Source of the DNA: Polyangiaceae bacterium
GTDB lineage: Bacteria > Myxococcota_A > Polyangia > Polyangiales > Polyangiaceae
NCBI GenBank assembly: GCA_050287085.1
Contig: JBNKBE010000008.1
Coordinates: 183,798-247,797 of the forward strand
DNA: 64,000 nucleotides
Direction of reading: 5' to 3'
The translations under genes were made by a program, and so were the position numbers. Under the pieces are notes generated by a model that was given only the letters and a program-made list of their open reading frames with translations, was not told where the DNA came from and made no database searches. This document shows positions 61,871 through 64,000 of the stretch, in pieces (the first letter of the stretch is position 1; each line of letters opens with the position of its first letter).

Positions 61871-62374
61871 ATGCGCTCGTTCCTTCTGCTCCTGGTCGGA
61901 GCGTCCCTCGGTCTGGGTTGCGAGGTGCTGATTGGCGACTCGTGTTTGAGCGACTCGGAGTGTTCGCAGCAGGAATCGAGGTTGTGCCTGACGGAGCGTT
62001 TCGACCGCTTTCCAGGTGGCTACTGCGCGGCCTTCAACTGCGCCCCCGGAACCTGTTCCAGCGAGGCCGTGTGCATCGGATATCAGGCGAGCACAGGCGG
62101 CCCCGGATGCCTCAGCAGTTATGAAAGTGCTGACACCCTGCGCAGCTTCTGTATGCGGAGCTGCAAGACCGATGCAGATTGTCGCGGCGGCTATAGCTGC
62201 ATCGATCCCACATCCGCCAAACAGCCATGGGGTGCAGTTTTGCTGGAAGCCGACGGAAGCAGTCCGAAGATCTGCGCCGTCCCCTACGAGGGCCCTGAGC
62301 TTCAGGGCTCGGCTGCAATCTGTTCGACCCCGGGGGGAGATGACTCCACCCGCGCGGAACCAGACGCCGGGTAG
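61871..62374 (+). CDS. Small cysteine-rich lipoprotein
   Basis: 'MRSFLLLLVGASLGLGC' lipobox; 'IGDSC..DSEC', 'PGGYC', 'FCMRSC..DADCR.GY.C'. Confidence 0.8.
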   Translation: MRSFLLLLVGASLGLGCEVLIGDSCLSDSECSQQESRLCLTERFDRFPGGYCAAFNCAPGTCSSEAVCIGYQASTGGPGCLSSYESADTLRSFCMRSCKTDADCRGGYSCIDPTSAKQPWGAVLLEADGSSPKICAVPYEGPELQGSAAICSTPGGDDSTRAEPDAG

Positions 62375-62403
62375 CCCCGTAGGACAGAACACGACGCCGG
62401 GCC

Positions 62404-62507
62404 GCCGCTGTCACCCTCAGCCGCTGTCCCCCCTCAGCCGCTGGCCCCCCTCAGCCGCTGTCCCCCCTCAGCCGCTGTCCCCCCTCAGCCGCTGTCCCCC
62501 TCAGCCG
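62404..62507. repeat. Intergenic 17-bp tandem repeat (cagccgctgtcccccct x~6)
   Basis: Read directly between convergent genes; the poly-C length varies between units. Confidence 0.93.
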
Positions 62508-62517
62508 GACGCGCGTG

Positions 62518-63240
62518 TCAGACGTGGGTGGATAGGTAGATCACCCAGTAGAAGATCACGAACTTCGGAATGCGCCACAGGGTCAGCGGAGCAAGCTTTG
62601 ATAGACGCATGCCCAGCGCGCCGGACGTGATGCAAATGATGCTGAAGGGCAGCGGAGTCAGCGCCCCCAACACGACGGCCCAACCGTCATAACGTCGAAG
62701 AGTGTGCTCGTGGCGGGCGCGCAGGCGCATCACCCAGGGACCTAGCCGCCGGGTTCCCGCCGCGCTGCGGCCCAACTGCCAGCCCAGGCAACCCGCCAGC
62801 GCAGATACCAATCCAATCACAGGCAGCAACACGGCCCACTGCGCATGCAAAGGACTGTTGGCCATGATCACGAGCACGACGTCGGGTGGCATCGGACTGA
62901 CCAGGGTATCGGTCACCAGCACAACCACCAACAGACCGGCCACTCCAATGCTGTGATAGATCCCTTCGGCAAATGCCAAGAGTTCTGCTTCCCACAGCTT
63001 ACCGGCCAGAGAAAGGGCACCGCTCATCAGAGCGAGCCCTACCAGCGCGCGAATGACGTTCTTGCGGATGAAGCGCCGTACCTCCGCCGGGTTTGCGTGC
63101 TCATCCTCCGGCATTGAGGCCACAACCGGGATCGGACCGCCCGGAGCTCGGCTGGGGCCATCAGCCACTGGATCCACATCCGGGGTGAGCGCCTGGGACC
63201 CAGGGGCAGTACCGTGTGGGGGCTCGGAGCGGCCGGACAT
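62518..63240 (-). CDS. YqaA/DedA (VTT/SNARE-associated) family membrane protein
   Basis: 'SPMPPD', 'GWQLGR', 'LGALTPLPF..ICITSG'; start uncertain. Confidence 0.8.
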   Translation of the reverse strand: MSGRSEPPHGTAPGSQALTPDVDPVADGPSRAPGGPIPVVASMPEDEHANPAEVRRFIRKNVIRALVGLALMSGALSLAGKLWEAELLAFAEGIYHSIGVAGLLVVVLVTDTLVSPMPPDVVLVIMANSPLHAQWAVLLPVIGLVSALAGCLGWQLGRSAAGTRRLGPWVMRLRARHEHTLRRYDGWAVVLGALTPLPFSIICITSGALGMRLSKLAPLTLWRIPKFVIFYWVIYLSTHV

Positions 63241-63376
63241 CGAGCAGAGGTGTAGTGGGCAACGCGCCCACTAGCCACGGTCTTGGTGCGCTCATGTCGA
63301 CCGGTGCGGCTCGTCGTTCAGCGCTGTCGCGACTGAATGAGGCAGAGCGGCCGCAGAACGTGCACACTCCGGCCTG

Positions 63377-64000
63377 ATGTTTCAGCCCAGCCTGCTGCCG
63401 CGGACGCTCAGCGCAGCCCTGCGCGACAGCGCAGACGAACGCCCTCACGTCCGGGTATCGGCCATCGCCGACCTAAGCCGTTGGGCGGCCCAAGGCGCGG
63501 ACGCGGCTTTGGCTCGTCTCGAAGAACTCTGTTGTTCCGATCCGAAAGCCCAGGTGCGGGGCACCGCTGCGGGGGTCCTGGCGGACGCCGAGCACTTTCT
63601 GGACGGGGCCAGGCTCGCGCGCGCCGTGGCGAGCGAGGCCGAACCGCGCGTGCAGGCGCAATTGGTACTCGCCCTGAGCGAGCTCGGGGCTCGCCACCCC
63701 GAACAGCGTCGTCACGGCGTTACGGCGCTCGAGGCTGGCTTTCGCTCAGCCCACGGAGAAGTGCGCTTTCAGTCCTTGCTCGGGGCGGAACGGCTCGGGT
63801 GGGACGCCCTGGACAAGCAGTTGCTGCAAGCCCTATGCGATCCCGATGCCGAGGTGCGATACCTCGCGCTCCGCATCCTTGCCCTGCGCGTGCCGGAGAC
63901 GAGCGCCGGGCGAGAGGTAGCGCCTCCGGCGGCTGCGCGCGACGAGGGAGCGCTGGGCGAGCACATCGCAGCCGCCAAGGACCGATTGAGCGATCCTTCG
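63377..64000 (+). CDS. HEAT-repeat protein (partial; runs off the window, absent from ORF track)
   Basis: Manual translation MFQPSLLPRTLSAALRDSADERPHVRVSAIADL...DPKAQVRGTAAGVL...DPDAEVRYLAL shows repeated D-x-x-x-x-V-R HEAT motifs. Confidence 0.75.
   Translation, partial: MFQPSLLPRTLSAALRDSADERPHVRVSAIADLSRWAAQGADAALARLEELCCSDPKAQVRGTAAGVLADAEHFLDGARLARAVASEAEPRVQAQLVLALSELGARHPEQRRHGVTALEAGFRSAHGEVRFQSLLGAERLGWDALDKQLLQALCDPDAEVRYLALRILALRVPETSAGREVAPPAAARDEGALGEHIAAAKDRLSDPS

Noticed and set aside
61655..62392. 245-aa minus-strand ORF
   Set aside because: It overlaps the + strand Cys-rich lipoprotein, which has a clear signal peptide and patterned cysteines.

Overview
GC-rich chromosomal core-genome segment with no phage, transposase, integrase or CRISPR array visible. 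Gene content points to a myxobacterium (Myxococcota, probably Polyangiales-like; inference): eukaryotic-type Ser/Thr kinases, a DUF4388 protein, a TIGR04552-like gene, Cys-rich lipoproteins and many Pro/Ala-rich linkers. About 55 protein genes and one tRNA-Lys(UUU) are supported, including rlmH, tatBC, ccmC(D), a TolC-family protein, a DEAD-box helicase, a polyprenyl synthase, an L,D-transpeptidase, panD, mtnP, gmk, yicC, dnaE, thiL, class II RNR nrdJ with tandem NrdR boxes, an M16 peptidase pair, an orphan DNA methyltransferase, plsB, panBC-tmk and ilvE. The most interesting signals are outside the ORF track. (1) A ~110-130 bp palindromic element is dispersed in three intergenic regions, with compensatory base changes and an invariant core CCGGCTCGCGACTG. 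(2) A candidate ~105-nt trans-acting sRNA between convergent genes has a terminator hairpin displaying an anti-Shine-Dalgarno CCUCCCUCCCCUCCCC loop. (3) A RelA/SpoT-synthetase-like uncharacterised enzyme is preceded by an unannotated 57-aa membrane protein and sits upstream of DUF507-yicC-gmk. (4) Other items are unannotated small membrane ORFs, a cytochrome c that apparently needs a non-canonical start, and several degenerate-active-site proteins. All family assignments come from motif recognition by eye; no database searches were run.
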